Made by a program: the position numbers and the translations under genes. Source: Camelus dromedarius (taxonomy: Eukaryota). Taken from it: 64,000 nucleotides of DNA. Below the pieces are notes generated by a model, which was not told the DNA's origin, searched no databases, and was given only the letters and a program-made list of their open reading frames with translations. The stretch lies in the NCBI RefSeq assembly GCF_036321535.1, contig NC_087437.1, forward strand, positions 20,214,001 to 20,278,000, read 5' to 3'. Positions 12,114 through 25,385 of the stretch are shown here, piece after piece; position 1 is the stretch's first letter; every line of letters starts with the position of its first letter.

Positions 12114-13329
12114 TCATTCATGAGCCTTGGGGAGGCCTGGAGCTGCCTCAGGCTGCCTCCTCCCTACATGGTTCTGAGGTGACCCTGGGCCAAGATTTCC
12201 AGAATGGATCAGAGACTCTTTTGTACCCCAGCATGGGGAACCTCTGCTTCAATCTCTACACAGCCGCTTCCCAAGGAGATGTGGCCCTAGGAGGGAGGGC
12301 GCAAGAGGCACTAATTCTGGCACCTCCCATCACTGCCTGCTCTGCTTTTCACCAAGACTCCCTCCTCACAAGCCTCTGGTCTAGGATCCCAGGGGGCAGA
12401 TTTAGCCTTTCCCTCTTCCCTAAGACATATTCTTTTTCCAGCCGAAGGTGGTGCGAGCCCCATCACCAGCCATGGTAAGTGGAAAAGATCGCTCTCTGCC
12501 TTTAGGGAAGAAACACTGAATCCTTTATGCTTGGTTCTGAAAATGCTAACACCAACTTAGAAAATCCTCTTTCTCTTGACAGAGCCTCACCTGGAAGCTT
12601 CAAAATTGACCAAGTGGATATGCGAATGAGATTCTCTAGATAATACCTGTCCTTCCCCTGAAGCACAGAAGCTGCTTCACTGGAAGGTCTCCCCTCGAGT
12701 TCACACCTCACTGGGCTCTCAGCTTTCTGCCCCAGGGCTTGCTTCTAGGCAAGAGGAGTCTGCTGGCTCCAGGGAGCACAGTCCAGGAGCAGCAGCCTGA
12801 CTGCCCTGGGAGCGCCCCTCACCCAGAGGGCACGGGAGCAGCCAATGGGCATGGAGGTGGGGAGCATTTCTGGGCAGCTCCCCCTTGTACTCCTCTCAGG
12901 AGTCCTGGGGGAAGCCAGCCCCCTCCACACCCCCTCCCCGCCCCACACGCCCCTGCCGCAGCCATGACGTTGACAACCTCCCCCTTGTACTGATTCGTTC
13001 TCCTTCCCTGACTCTCACTCCCACTTCCTCTTTCCTCCTCCCTGGAACCAGCACACAATGAACCCTCTGTTCTGATTTGCCCCAAGAGCACAGGCAGAGT
13101 TTTTGATCTACAGTGTGCAGTTAGCAAACAGCCACTGCTACTATTATTGAGAAGAAAGGGCCTCCTGTAGAGTTCCAGGGGCAGGCCCATGACTAAAAGG
13201 GGGAAACTGCCAAGAGACAAAAGTGCAGAGAGTAAAGGGAAGAAAGAGAGGTTTAGCGAGGTACAGATGAGTGCTGCTGGCTGTGAGTGCGGCTGATCAC
13301 ATACCTAACCAGCAGTAAGACCCCACGAC

Positions 13330-13482
13330 GGTGTCGTGCTAGTTTCATGCGTGACGCACAGCGATTCGGTTATACATATACATGTATTCTTTTCCATATT
13401 CTTTTTCATTATAGGTTATGACAAGCTATTGAATATAAAAACTAACACAACACTGTAAATTAATTATACTTCAATAAAAAAA
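13330..13482 (+). mobile_element. Very short 5'-inverted L1 3' end
   Basis: 13330-13437 is antisense L1 3'UTR; 13438-13482 is the sense terminal segment aaactaacacaacactgtaaattaattatacttcAATAAAaaa. Confidence 0.78.
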
Positions 13483-16189
13483 TATATCCCATGACAAATA
13501 GATAATTCCATTTGTGTCATACTGGGGGCATAGTTTCCACAAACCCACTGAGGGTTTCCCGAGCCTTGCTTATCAATACGTCCTGAGACATTTGCTTGAA
13601 GAGCTGGCTTCTCAAGTCTCTGTTGGACTTCCATTATTACTCAAAGGATCTTCCTTACTTTTTCTTCTGAAAAGCCTGTGCTAAGGGAGAATCCAGACTC
13701 CTGGTGAAGAGAGAGCTGCAGGAATATCATTCTCTGTTGCAATTTCACTGGCTTCTCCCGCTCTCTCATTCTGACTTGAAAGAGAAGGCTCTGCCACTGG
13801 TAGATTTAAACAAATCAAAGATGCTGATTGTTCTAACCTTTCTCCCTGTGCTGGCAGCCCTGGCTCCTCTCTGTTTTCTTTTTCCCAAATGAGCATCTGC
13901 TAAGTAATTCCTTTTGCTCCCGTGAAATCATTATTTGTGTCTTAGCCTGTACATCTGCCCAGAGGCAACACATGCACTTTTTTTTTTCCAGTAGGCATCC
14001 TGTAATACATATTTAAAACCAGTGTCTCTCATTTTACTGTTAAAAAGAAGAAAACAATGTCAACACAATTATAAATACTTAGTAAATCGAATCACTGTTT
14101 CACTAATAAGATGCTCAAGTCTTGAGGTGGTCCCAGTGGAAGCAGCTTTAACTCGGTCACCACACTGGCTGTGCCTTGCTCCTGTCTTTCTAGACTGCTT
14201 TGGGGATTTGAGTGCCAATGGGAGGGGAAGGAGACTCCTCCTTGGCATCAAACCCAAGTGTCTGCATTTGTTACGTGAAATATATTTTTTCTCTCTGTCA
14301 CTTTCACAGTGTAGAAAGACAAGAAATTGGCAAAATTGAAGCCTAATATAAAATCACACATTCTAATGCTAACCCCCTCATTTAGGAGACACGAGGCAGA
14401 GACACTGATCACTGTGAATTCCCTGTATAGTGAGGAGAATTGAACTGAACATTATTTCCATTCTTACTTTGTGCCAGACACTTTCTTTTAATTCTAACAA
14501 AAGTCTTGCAGTTCAGGCATAACAACCAGGTTAAGGATGACAAATAGGAGGCAGATTGGGGTGCTTACTACATCTTGTCTAGTAAATGGAAGGACCTTGA
14601 ATATGACCTCAAAGCACATACACACCTAAAGAGTGAAAAGTGCTGTTATTGACTTGGGAGAATTTACCTTAGTGAATACACGAGGTGACAAGAGTGGATC
14701 AATATCCTTGCTGATACCCGAATGTTTAGAACAGGACATGGATGTCCAGTGAGAAACAGATTCCAAGCTCAGCTTATCAGGAGTCATGTTTTAGCGTCTT
14801 TTGAAATAAGCATCAGCCTGTTCCTGAGGTGCAGTGGCGAGAGGGCTGTTCATCCCCTAAAACAAGAGAAGTCAGTGGAGCTGATTTCCTGCGGAAGACC
14901 ACTTCGCTGAGGACATCTTGCAAAGCAGTAACCCTAGAGGCCCTGGGCAGTGAGATTAATTTGCCTTATCTTCCCGCCTTCCTCCCATTCTCCTATGAGT
15001 CATCTGTTTCCATCCTTAATGTGTAAACATGCAAATATTGCTGCACTTTCTGCTCATTAGTTTAGCTAAAGAAAGTGCCCTTTAATTATGCTTTTAAGTA
15101 ATGAACCTCCTCCATCACCTTGACAATTAATGCATATTTAGAAGGAAGCAAGACCTCATTATGAGACAGCAACTGCATCCCTTGGTTACTTAGAAGATGG
15201 TAGCTTTCTTGAAACAATGGAAATTGGAATCAAAAGGTAAACAAATAAGCCTTGTGATTGCATTAACTTCTTGTAGCCTTAGGTGCAAGAAAAGCAAACA
15301 GTCAATAACATTATATGTGAGGAAAAGAAGGAAAACTACTATTTTTTGGAGGTTATTGTGTGCCAATCCCTAAATTCATTGATTTGCATACATTAAGTCT
15401 AAATTGCACAGTTACTTTTGAAGTTATTTCTTCACTCCATTTTATAGATACTGAAATTGAGGCTGTGACAGATTAAGTAATTTGCCTAAGGTGTTGGATC
15501 AAGTCCACCATTCTCCAAAGCTTCATGTTCTTTTCCATTATGTGTTTATCTTGTTGAGAAGTATTTACATAGCTTGGCAGAATGGGATATCTGCCAAGTT
15601 TTCACCATATTTCTCCATCCGTTGATCTCAGCAGACACTCATAGGAATAATTTTCTTCCATACAATTCTGAGGCACAGGCTGATTCGACAACACTTTGTA
15701 TGCCCCTATCTGGCTTTTAAGAATAAAAGAGAATGTGTCATGAGCAGTCAAATTATTTCCACTAACTGACTGGCCGATTACCTGTTCATCTTTCAAGACC
15801 TTCTTTCAAGACTCAAGGCTCACATCCTTGAAAAAGACTTTCCTGTTATTCCTTCTCCCATAGAGAATTGACCTTAACTCCATGTGGGCTCCAGAATTTT
15901 ATCACATCATTTTCCACACTTTATTACACTTATTTGTTTGTTGGTTCATTTTTTTCCACTACACTGGGATCTCATGTCTTATTCATCTCTTTAATCTTTA
16001 ACACAGTGTCTAACACAAATATGTATCCAAAAAGTTCTTCTTAAATTTTAAAAATGAGTCCTTACCTGAATGTCATATTCTGATCTTCTTCACTGTGATT
16101 CCCAAACACTGGTCCATAGACCTACAAGTAGCATCTGGCTATGTAAGTATCATCTGGGGAACATTGGAAAAAAGCTTCCAAAATAAAAC

Positions 16190-16625
16190 AAAACAAATCC
16201 AAGATGTTCTTTAATAGGTGAATGGATAAATAATCTATTGTGTATCCATACTTGGAATGCTGTTCAGCAACGCAAAGGAATAACCTGTTGATTTACACAA
16301 CATGGATGAATTTCAAGAACATTAGGCTAAAAACTAGATGACAAAGACTACATATTCCATGACTTTATTTACATGAACTGTCCACAAAAGGCAATTTTGA
16401 GACAGAAAACAGATCAGTAGTTTCCTAGGGCTAAGGTCAGAGTAGGAGTCAACTGTAAATGAGCACAGCCATACTGGGGTGATGGAAGTGTTCTAAAACC
16501 AGATTGTGATATTGTTTCACAAGTCTATAAATTTATTAAAAAATTATTGATTTGTACACTTATAATGAGTGACTTTTATGACATATAAAATAAACTTCAC
16601 AGATAAAGCTATTCAATAAAGATAT
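16190..16625 (+). mobile_element. Old L1M (L1MB/L1ME-like) 3' end
   Basis: ataggtgaatggataaa...acaacatggatgaatttcaagaacatt...ggggtgatggaagtgttctaaaac...aataaa. Confidence 0.78.
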
Positions 16626-16789
16626 TAAAAATAAGAATTGAAAAAAAAGGTAAAGAAAAATGTAAAAAAAATGAAGGGAAGAAAGAAAGAAAGAAGGAAC
16701 AAAGAAAGCAAGCCATAGTTCTTTGAGTCTCAGGTGTTATAGGATGAAGTTCATCAATGCTGGAGTTCCTGGAAGTTTAATACCAGAAA

Positions 16790-18325
16790 GAGGGGGATAT
16801 ACAGGTAAAGATCTCAAACTCTAACTATAAACTTCCCTGAAATCCTTGGCTGACCACTAAACTGTGTACACATGGAGGAGAATTTGGAAAACCAGTGAAA
16901 AGCAATAGCAAGAAAGATGAAAAAGTGAATCAGAGATTTTTAACTACTGTCTTCTGCAAATGAAACAAAGTTTGGAATTCCTCCAAGTTAGAAGGACTAA
17001 GTAAAGACCTAGAGTTTTCCAATGAAATATCAGAAGAGACACATATTAAAAATAAAGATTATATGTCAGGATTAAGGGACTTGTCCATGATTAAGAGTAA
17101 ACCCAAACAGAAATACCCTTATGTAGTATAAAACCAAACTTTACAGGTACAAGGTAATTTAATTATCTTGAAGTTAAATAGTAATGATACCTTTGTAATT
17201 AATCCAGTAATTTAATAAAAATCAACAATCTCAGAGTAAGAACAGAATCCAGAGTTCCTTCTATGTACAATCTACAGTTCTCAGTATGAAATATAAATTA
17301 CTAGACATGCGAGGAAACAGGAAAATGTGGCCTAAGGTCCAGAGTAAAATCATTCAAGAGAAACAGACTCTGAGATGACAGACATAATGGAATTTGCAGA
17401 AAGTAATTTTAAAGCAGTTATTTTAAGTGTTTTAAAGCTTTAAGGTAAATATTGTCACAGTGAGTGAACAGATAGGGAATACTAGCAAAGAAATGTAAAA
17501 TCTAACATGGAAAGTGAAAGGGTGGATTTAGCAGCAGGTTGGAGATAGAAGAAGAGAGAGTCAATGAAGAGGAAGAGAGATCAAAAGCAATTGTACAATG
17601 TGAAAAACAAAGAGGAGAGGAGAAGAATTTCTTAAAATCAGAACCAGAGAGGGAGGAGGGAGAGAGGAGGAGAAAGGTCTCAAAAGGACCAAAGGACAAG
17701 AGTAAGTGAATGGACCATAAAAGAATTAATTAAAAAGAAGTTCAAAAAATTTTCAAAATGTGGTGCAGAACAGTATTTTAAAGTTTGATTAAGATAAGAA
17801 AGCTCCAAACTGGATAAATACAAAGAAAATCACACCTAATCACATTGTCCTCAACCTACTGAAAGTGAAAAACGAAGAGAAAAATTTGACAGCATACAGA
17901 GAAAAAGAAAAGGAAAATTTCATACGAGAGAACAACAGTATGGATTGCAGCAGATATTTTACTGGTAATGAAGGAGCCCCAAAGACAATGGGATGACAAA
18001 GCAGGTTTTCAGGATAGAAAGGAAATGGTACTAGATGGAAAAACATCTATGGGAAGGAAAAAAGAGAACTAGAAATGGCAAATATGGCAGTAAATATAAA
18101 AGACCACCTTTCCTTCCTTCTTAATTTCTTTAAATGACCATGGCTTTTAGTGCAACAATTACAGCAGTGTGTTGTGGGCTTACTATGCACATGGATGTAA
18201 AATACATAAACACAATGGAACAAATGGTGAGGGAGGTGAATGGAGTTATACTGTTGCATGGTTCTCAAAAGTGTTGTAATGTTAGCTCTAAGTGTACTTT
18301 GATAAGCTAAAGCTGCATATGAAGG
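16790..18325 (+). mobile_element. Decayed old L1M 5' region with ORF1 remnant and inter-ORF spacer
   Basis: A-rich strand; ORF1-like segments aaattactagacatgcgaggaaacaggaaaatgtg, aaagaaaatcacacctaatcacatt...aactactgaaa...gagaaaaatttgacagc; no intact ORF. Confidence 0.7.
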
Positions 18326-18809
18326 AAGGCCTACTTTAAAGTGGATACCATGAGATTAAAGGGAGGCTCACAAAAAAATACAAGCTTGGGATGTTATGGA
18401 TTTCTTGAAGCAGACAAACAAATGGACAAAGGTGGTGACAATGGAAAAGAATAGTTGATGGTGCATGGGTCACAACAGGAATGGAGAAATTGAACCTGGG
18501 ATTTTTAGACCGTGCTTAAGGAGGGTGCTCAGGAGGTGGTATGAATGATGAAGGGGGGCCCAATCTGATCTCCCAACCCTGAATTGGAATTGAGCACAAT
18601 ATTTAAAAAAATATGTTGTTTGCTTACCATGATACATGGTTGTAGAGGGCCTAGAGAGAAAATTCTGAGGTTTTCAGAAAGTACAGAAGAAAACCAGCAG
18701 GAGTAATTTTAAGGGATTTGGAAAATGACCTAGGAGTGTGGGGATACAGAGCAAGGTGGACTTGGCTGCTCTCGCGGCTACAAGCACGGGTGTCAGCCTT
18801 GTCTCTGTG

Positions 18810-19360
18810 TGTATCAGCCATAGGTTTTTCTCCTGTATTTTGATGCTTTGAGGTTCTGGGGCCTTGTGGACTCAGGGAGGAATTGCCTCTCCCAAAGTTA
18901 GTTCATTCCTAGAGCTACTAAATGACTTGCCTGCCAGCACAGCTTTTCTATGAAAGCCAACCAATCCTGAGTCCATACCCCAACCTGTGTCCCTTGATTG
19001 GACTCCTGCAGATCAGGACACTATCCACCTGCTCTAAAAAGTATTCCAGGGCCGATACTGGACAACTAGGAACCACCCTTATAGCCCAGAGCCCACTGAG
19101 CATACTCTAGCCACCCAATATTAAACTTGTTCGGATTGCTATCCTTGCTTCTCTCATTTCTTCCTGCAAAAGCCACAAAGAAGCCTCTCACCTGCAGTTC
19201 CTCTCACCCTCTCTGCCTCCTGACCATCCCTGGTGCTCCGTGTGTGGCCCTGCAGGGTACGCCATGCCTCCCGTTTCTAGGGATCATGGTATAAAAACTT
19301 CTTCCTTCGTGTGTGTACCTTACCATACCTGATTAAAACAAACTCGGGTGCATTTTACAG
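18810..19360 (+). mobile_element. ERVL solo LTR, MER74A-like
   Basis: tgtatcagccat...ttgatgctttga...ggggccttg...aaccaatcc...gacaactagg...ctctgcctcctgacc...taccatacctga...ttttaca; 5-bp TSD ctgtg (18805-18809, 19361-19365). Confidence 0.82.
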
Positions 19361-20647
19361 CTGTGTATCTGAGACCCATCAGAGCCTAGAGGCCTGGGTG
19401 TGTCTTCTGATAATCAGCATCCATAGGATCGAATAAGTGTCCTTTTTTCTTTTTTTAAGCAGAAACGTCACTCTTCGTTCAAATTGTCTCTGCTGGTCAT
19501 GCAAGTGAGTAAAGTGCAGAGGTCTGAAAAAGTCACGATTTTAGCCACAAGTGAGAGGTTAAATCGGAAATTATAAGTGGTATTTATGAACTGGGGTGTC
19601 CACAAAGATCTCAGAAACGATCCCTCTTTTGCATCCGGAGTCTCCCAAAGGTCCTTGGCGTTACTTTGAGTCCTCATCTCTCCCTTCCAGGTCTTGTGGC
19701 CATTTTGCCATCAAGAGCCACACCAGCTTCCAAGAACAGACTGGCGGAGGCTCTGCAGTCAATTTCCTTACAATCTTCCAGGCTAATTCAAGGTGCAGAC
19801 ATATTTGGCCTTCCCTCCTCTTTATCAGGAGGGATAAATTATTCCTCCTAACACTGTCCTGACTCCATTGCCCAAGATGAAGACAGGACAGTGCTAGAGC
19901 CATTCCTGTGCTTGACCCCATGGGTTCATTGCCTTCTTCTCTTTGGTGAGTAAGTGGTAACTTTCCATGTGCTCGTGGGAAAGAGAACTCTTTCCTCTCC
20001 CAATAGCAAAATCTAATATCTGCCTTTGTGATATTACATGAAATGTTAGATTGCACCCTTTGTCCTTCTATTTAGGTTGCCCTGGAAACAGAGCTCAGTT
20101 TCAGCTTTGTAATGTGGTCTGCTTCTATTAAAAGGGTCACATACCCTTCCATCAAGCACAACAAAGATTTCATTCCCATCACAAATATAAGGGGGCAATG
20201 AGGCTTTAGCTCTGTGGGCACAAAGCAAAGAGAAACCCTTAGACCTGTTATCTAGACTCAAACCAAACATGAGCCCATAATTGGCATATACATGTGAACT
20301 GAGACTTAAATAAGTTGAAGAAGTATCTGATATCATCCACTTTTTTTACATCTGTAAACATATGAATAAAATGAGCCTCACAAACCAAGAGTAAAATATA
20401 CCTTCAGGCTTATCCCAGAATATTCAAAATATCCCTCTGCATATCTAGCAAAAAAAAACATGTCACATTGGGAACCAAAAAGAAAATAAGGAAAGAAAAG
20501 ATTCTTTCACAGGCAGAGTGCAAAGCCAGGCTGTGTCTACACTCGGCCCCGTGAAGTCAGGCATTTATTCACTCTCTGAATTATAGCAAATCTCAACTGA
20601 GATTAAAGTTTCAAATGAACAAATGCATTTTGGGGGAAAATATCCAT

Positions 20648-20840
20648 GGAGGAGCAGTGAAAGGCATGCAGACTTTGGAGTCTGTCAGACTTGAGTGTGT
20701 GGTTGAGCTCTGCCTTTATTAGCTGTGTGACCTTGGTGAGTCACTTCACTTCTCTGAGCCTCAGTTCTGTGAAATGAGGATAACTGTAAGCACCTCACGG
20801 GTGGTCGTGAGGATTAAATGGTATAATGACTGTAAAGGAA
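20648..20840 (+). mobile_element. MIR SINE
   Basis: MIR core tagctgtgtgaccttgg...cttctctgagcctcagtt...gtgaggattaaatg. Confidence 0.82.
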
Positions 20841-21089
20841 GGTTGGTGAGGAGAATGGCAGCACAACACTTGACCCACGGAAGTGTGGTGTAGGGCCAGC
20901 ACCTCACCATAGACATATGGTTAAATAAGTCGGTAGACAGATGATAGATAGATGGTAAACTGTAGGTAGAATAAGTGCTCTCTACTTCTAAGTTCATTTA
21001 ACACATATTTTTTTTCAGCAGTTACTCCCTATCAGGCAGTGATCTGGTGATCAGAACTTTGGGGGGTCTCTGCTCTCATTATCCAGATT

Positions 21090-21660
21090 GTGAACTTAGT
21101 ATTATCATTTGCATTAGGAGAAACTAGGTTTTCTTGAAGAAATAGCTAATTCCAAGTTTGAGGTGGAAAATGAGCGAGATGAGCCTGAATCTGGTTGCCT
21201 ATTGGCAGGAAATGCTGGGACAGAGCAACATTTTGAACTGCGTGTGGGTGTGCAATTAACAAAATCCAGACTGGGAAATTCCACAGGTCAAATGTCCCAC
21301 GTTCTTCAGCAGATAAACTGTGGGAAAAGAAAGCAATGGAGGAGAAATCTATAGATTAAAAAGGACTTTAAAGAGTAACAGATTAGGTTCTTTATGGGAA
21401 AAACTAAAATGCAGTGTCTAGGGATACAGATTTGAGTGATAAAACTGTAGAAGTGAAGACTGTAAAAGTCAGGGCATTGGATCCTCTCGGGAGGAGGAAA
21501 GGGGTTGTGACTGTGGTGGGACCCAGGATGGGCTCCTGGGAGCTGTAAAGTTCTTTCTCAGCCTAGTCAGTGGCTGGAAGGAAATTCAGTCTAGAATTAA
21601 GCTCTAAGCTTGTTTTGTATGCCTTTCAGCATCTTGTTTTATGGTAGAATAAAAAAAGCA
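21090..21660 (+). mobile_element. Old L1 3' UTR (L1MC4/L1MC5-like)
   Basis: aaatccagactgggaaattcc...tatagattaaaaaggactttaaaga...ends gaataaaaaa. Confidence 0.6.
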
Positions 21661-22614
21661 ACTTTAAAAGGAAGCAGCATGTGTTGAGGGAAGGCTGCTG
21701 TGTGCGGGGTACATTGCCAGGTGCTGCAGCAGTGAGTGAAGTTCTATCCTGGTCCTGAAGGAGCTTAGAGTTGAGTATTGTCCCATTACTCAGATGGGAG
21801 GTAACTGAGGCTTAGACAGGAAATAGAACAACTTGCCCTCATCAACTGGCTAGTAAATAGAAGAGCTGAGAACTGAACCAAACCTACACTCTTTCGCCAG
21901 GAAAGTCGTGTATCTAGGTTCCCTGACGGATACGACTGGTATGTCTATGGCAGTGGGCTGGGCAGGCCAGGAGTTGAAGGGGTTGGCAACAGAAAAGCAC
22001 AAATGATAAACGTTAAAATTTTTACCAAGTAAAACAGCATGGTAATACAGCTTTCTGTTTTAATAAGAACACAAGCAGAGTGAGGGGACGTCACGTGAAT
22101 GCTGCAGGGCAGGTGTGCGTCTGCCTGCAGCCACTTGCTCGGGTGGCAGATGAGGCTTGACCTTCCCAGGGCGCCTGAAAGAGGAAGACCAGTTGTGTGT
22201 GCGTTTCACTTGGAGAAGATGCATGGCCTCAGAGGGCAGAAGGAAGCACACAGAAGTGAGAGCGTGGTGTTTGAGCAGAAAACCTCAGGTTCACATCTCA
22301 CTGTGGCCATCCTTTAGCAGTGGGAACTTAGGAATATTACTTAAGCCCTCCACACTCCCATGTCCTCATTTGAAAAATGGGTTAATGAGCATTAGATATC
22401 TGCATAGAGCCCCTGATTCATGCCAGATGATAATAAATGATATTGTTTTATCATTGTCCTTATTTTTACTTTGCTTTGCCCATACTAGAGATCAGAGGCT
22501 TGGCTTAACCAGTTTGAAAGCACCCTGGAGGATTCTGGAATTCCAGTCTTTATGAAAACAAGAGACTGTGCCCTCTCATGGACTTGGCTGTGAATGGTAG
22601 CTTGGCTTTGTGGA

Positions 22615-22795
22615 TAAGTGTTTAGATTTTGGAACTTGACTTCCTGGGTTTGAATCCCAGCTCTCCCATGTGTAAACTTGAGAAAGTTAATACCTTCATG
22701 GTGTCTCGGTTTCCCCATCTGTAAAATGGGGATAAAATAACCCTCCATAGGGTTGGGAGGACTAAATGTGGTGACACAGCACATTGCATGAAGTG
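22615..22795 (+). mobile_element. MIR SINE
   Basis: cctgggtttgaatcccagctct...ggtttccccatctgtaaaatggggataaaata. Confidence 0.82.
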
Positions 22796-24404
22796 TAGCT
22801 TTCTGCCTCCCTCTCGGTCTGACCGGCGCCTTCCCTGGGCACCACAGGCTACCCTGGGGTTTCTCAATTCCTGTTCCCATTGCAGAGGTTCTCACATTTG
22901 CTTAAGCACTGACTCATGCAGCCCAGAGATGTGAAAGCTTCAAGTCTTTGCTTCCTTCTCCTGCTGAGCCCATTGGAGGGCATGGTAGCCTAGGTCTCTG
23001 CTCTGTGGACCGGATGGGGTCCATATCAGTTACTCTCCTCTGTGCCTGTCTCCATCTCCACGGAGATGGGAGGCAGCTTTTAAATCTCCTTACGAAGGAA
23101 GGATCCCTTCCTCCTGGTGCCAGGGCTGGACACAAGTGCCCTTCAATGCCTGTGTGTCACACACTCATCCCTAGAAGAAGCAGCTAATGGGCAACGGTGC
23201 AGAATCATTTGACCCACAACCTAGGGATTTCCCACTGACTTTCACTCCAGGTCCCTAAGGCTGAGCCACAGAGAAGGCTGTCATTCATCCTCACTGCTTA
23301 AACTGCCCTGGACCACTTCAGAATGTGGCACATCCCCTAAGACTATGTCCTGAGCAGACTTGGCTTCTGAGAACAGGATTCTGTGATTTTCCATCTTTCA
23401 CTTAAGGGCAATGTCTTCACCCCCTCAGTCACCATGGGGCAGACCCCACATCTTGCAAAGGTCCCACAGCCCAGCCTTCCTGGCTGTGACATCAGGGCAG
23501 GCTCACACGTGGTCAGTTAAAGAAGCTGAGAAGGCTTCCTCGTTACACTTTATTACCGGAGGCTGCACCATCTCTGTACTCTATCTAACAGCCACTTATC
23601 TAGGGAGAGAGGCAGAACATTTAAAGCCTGTTCGTCTAATAAGATTTGAGCACAGTCTCAATCCCCTGCAAGCCATTTATCCCTAATAGACTCAAGGCTT
23701 TTTATCCATAGAGTAAAGCACAATTGGTCACTTAAAATCTTGAAAAACATGCTTTACATCACAACCAGAATTAAGTGTTAATTTGTCTTTCTGTGTCTCC
23801 ACGGGTCTCACTCGTCTGGCCCCTCCAGTCTTCAGTCCAGTCTGCTCCCTGGCCTTGGCCGTCTTTTTAAAGACATCCCAGGGACAGCAGTCCCCCTGCC
23901 TGACTGACACACAGTTCCTGAGCACACGGTCCACCCTTGCCCCGGGTGTGGTTCACATGGAGCTGGTGTGAGGAAAGCTAGTCACAGCCAACGTGTAAGG
24001 GCACTTACATGTGTCATGGGAATCAGCTCATTTCATTTGGGAGATATTAGAGTATCATCAGTGGCATTAAGGGGGAGAAATTAGCAATACACGAATGGAG
24101 TTTTTAAAAATTGTTGCCCATTTATTTTAATGTTTAAGAGCCAAAGTGTAATTTGCAATTTACAACCATGATTTCAGAGCTATGAAATGATATAAATTAC
24201 TTTTTAAGTCAGTTTATTTAAGCAATAATGAGCTGACTTTTAAAAATATGAAGAAAATGAAAGTAGAAAAGTTATGTGAACTTGCACAGTTATTTAACAG
24301 ATACATCCTTGGCGCACCTGGTATGTGGCAGGAGTTTTCTGGAGCCTGAGGGCCCACAGTGAACAAGGCAGACAGAAACCCTAGACCCCCAGAACACGCA
24401 CACA

Positions 24405-24750
24405 AGTGCTTCACAGAAGTTATCCAAATGGCCAGTAGACACTTGAAAAGGGACTCAACATCATTAGACATCAGGGAACTGCAAATTAAATCCACAGTGA
24501 GTTATAGTAAGAGAAAGAAAAGAGAGAAGAAAAGGCGGGGGAGACAAAACCAAGATTTGGCAGGAATGTAAAACAGCTGGAACTCTTTGGTACTGCTTGA
24601 GAATGTCAGTTGGTACAACCACTTTGGAAAACTGTTTGCCAGCCATCCCCTGCTCTGTCCTAGCAGCTCTCCTGGTACTCCCAGACTTTCATTCCTAGTG
24701 GTCTGCCCAGCAGAAACACATGCGTATGTTCACTAAACACATGTTCAATA
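24405..24750 (+). mobile_element. Old L1M ORF2 3' fragment
   Basis: caaatggccagtagacacttgaaaag...tcaacatcattag...cagggaactgcaaattaaa...ggtacaaccactttggaaaac. Confidence 0.75.
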
Positions 24751-25099
24751 TTTGGGAGATGAATGGGTCTCAGAAAATGCTAGTTGAATGAATTAAGACC
24801 TATCTAGAGTGTTCTATGCAGAGGCAGATAAGACGGTGTCTCTGTCCTTGAGTAGCCCCAGAGTACATTCTCTTGTTGAACACACTTTTCCTGAGTGTGT
24901 ACTGTGTTCTGGGTTTCGTGCTAGAAACTGAGACTGCAGGGCTAAATCAGAGAGGGCCCTTACCCTCCCAGGAAAACATGGTTGCTCCCTCAGCAACCAG
25001 GATATCAGCCTTTTGCACTTTGCTGGAGGAAATTTGGTTGAATGAATATGAATATGGACAACCCTGGTTTAAACTGTGTAACTATGTGTTTATGTAATT

Positions 25100-25385
25100 A
25101 TGTAGTCTCTCTTCATGAGGGCAGGAACTTCATCTGTCTTATTTCTTGCTGTGTCCCTAAAACTGAAGCAGCACTTGGCTCATAGTAGGGGCTTAGTGAG
25201 TATATGCACGATGCAAGGATGGATGGATGAGTGGGTGGGTGGATGGGTGGGTGACTAGGTGACTATATGGATGGGTAGGTAGATGGATAAATGGGTGGGT
25301 GGGTAGATGGATGGATGGATGAGTGGGTGGCTAGATGGATGGGTGGGTGGGTGGATGGATGGATGAGTGGGTGGGTGGATGGCTG
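25100..25385 (+). repeat. L2 3' end followed by an expanded (GGAT/GGGT)n tail (25218-25385)
   Basis: catgagggcagg...tgctgtgtcccta...gcacttggctcatagtagggg then ggatggatggatgagtgggtgggtggat... Confidence 0.8.

Noticed and set aside
11846..12478. 210-aa ORF on +
   Set aside because: Begins inside an MLT1D LTR at a non-ATG start and has no recognisable domain; chance ORF.
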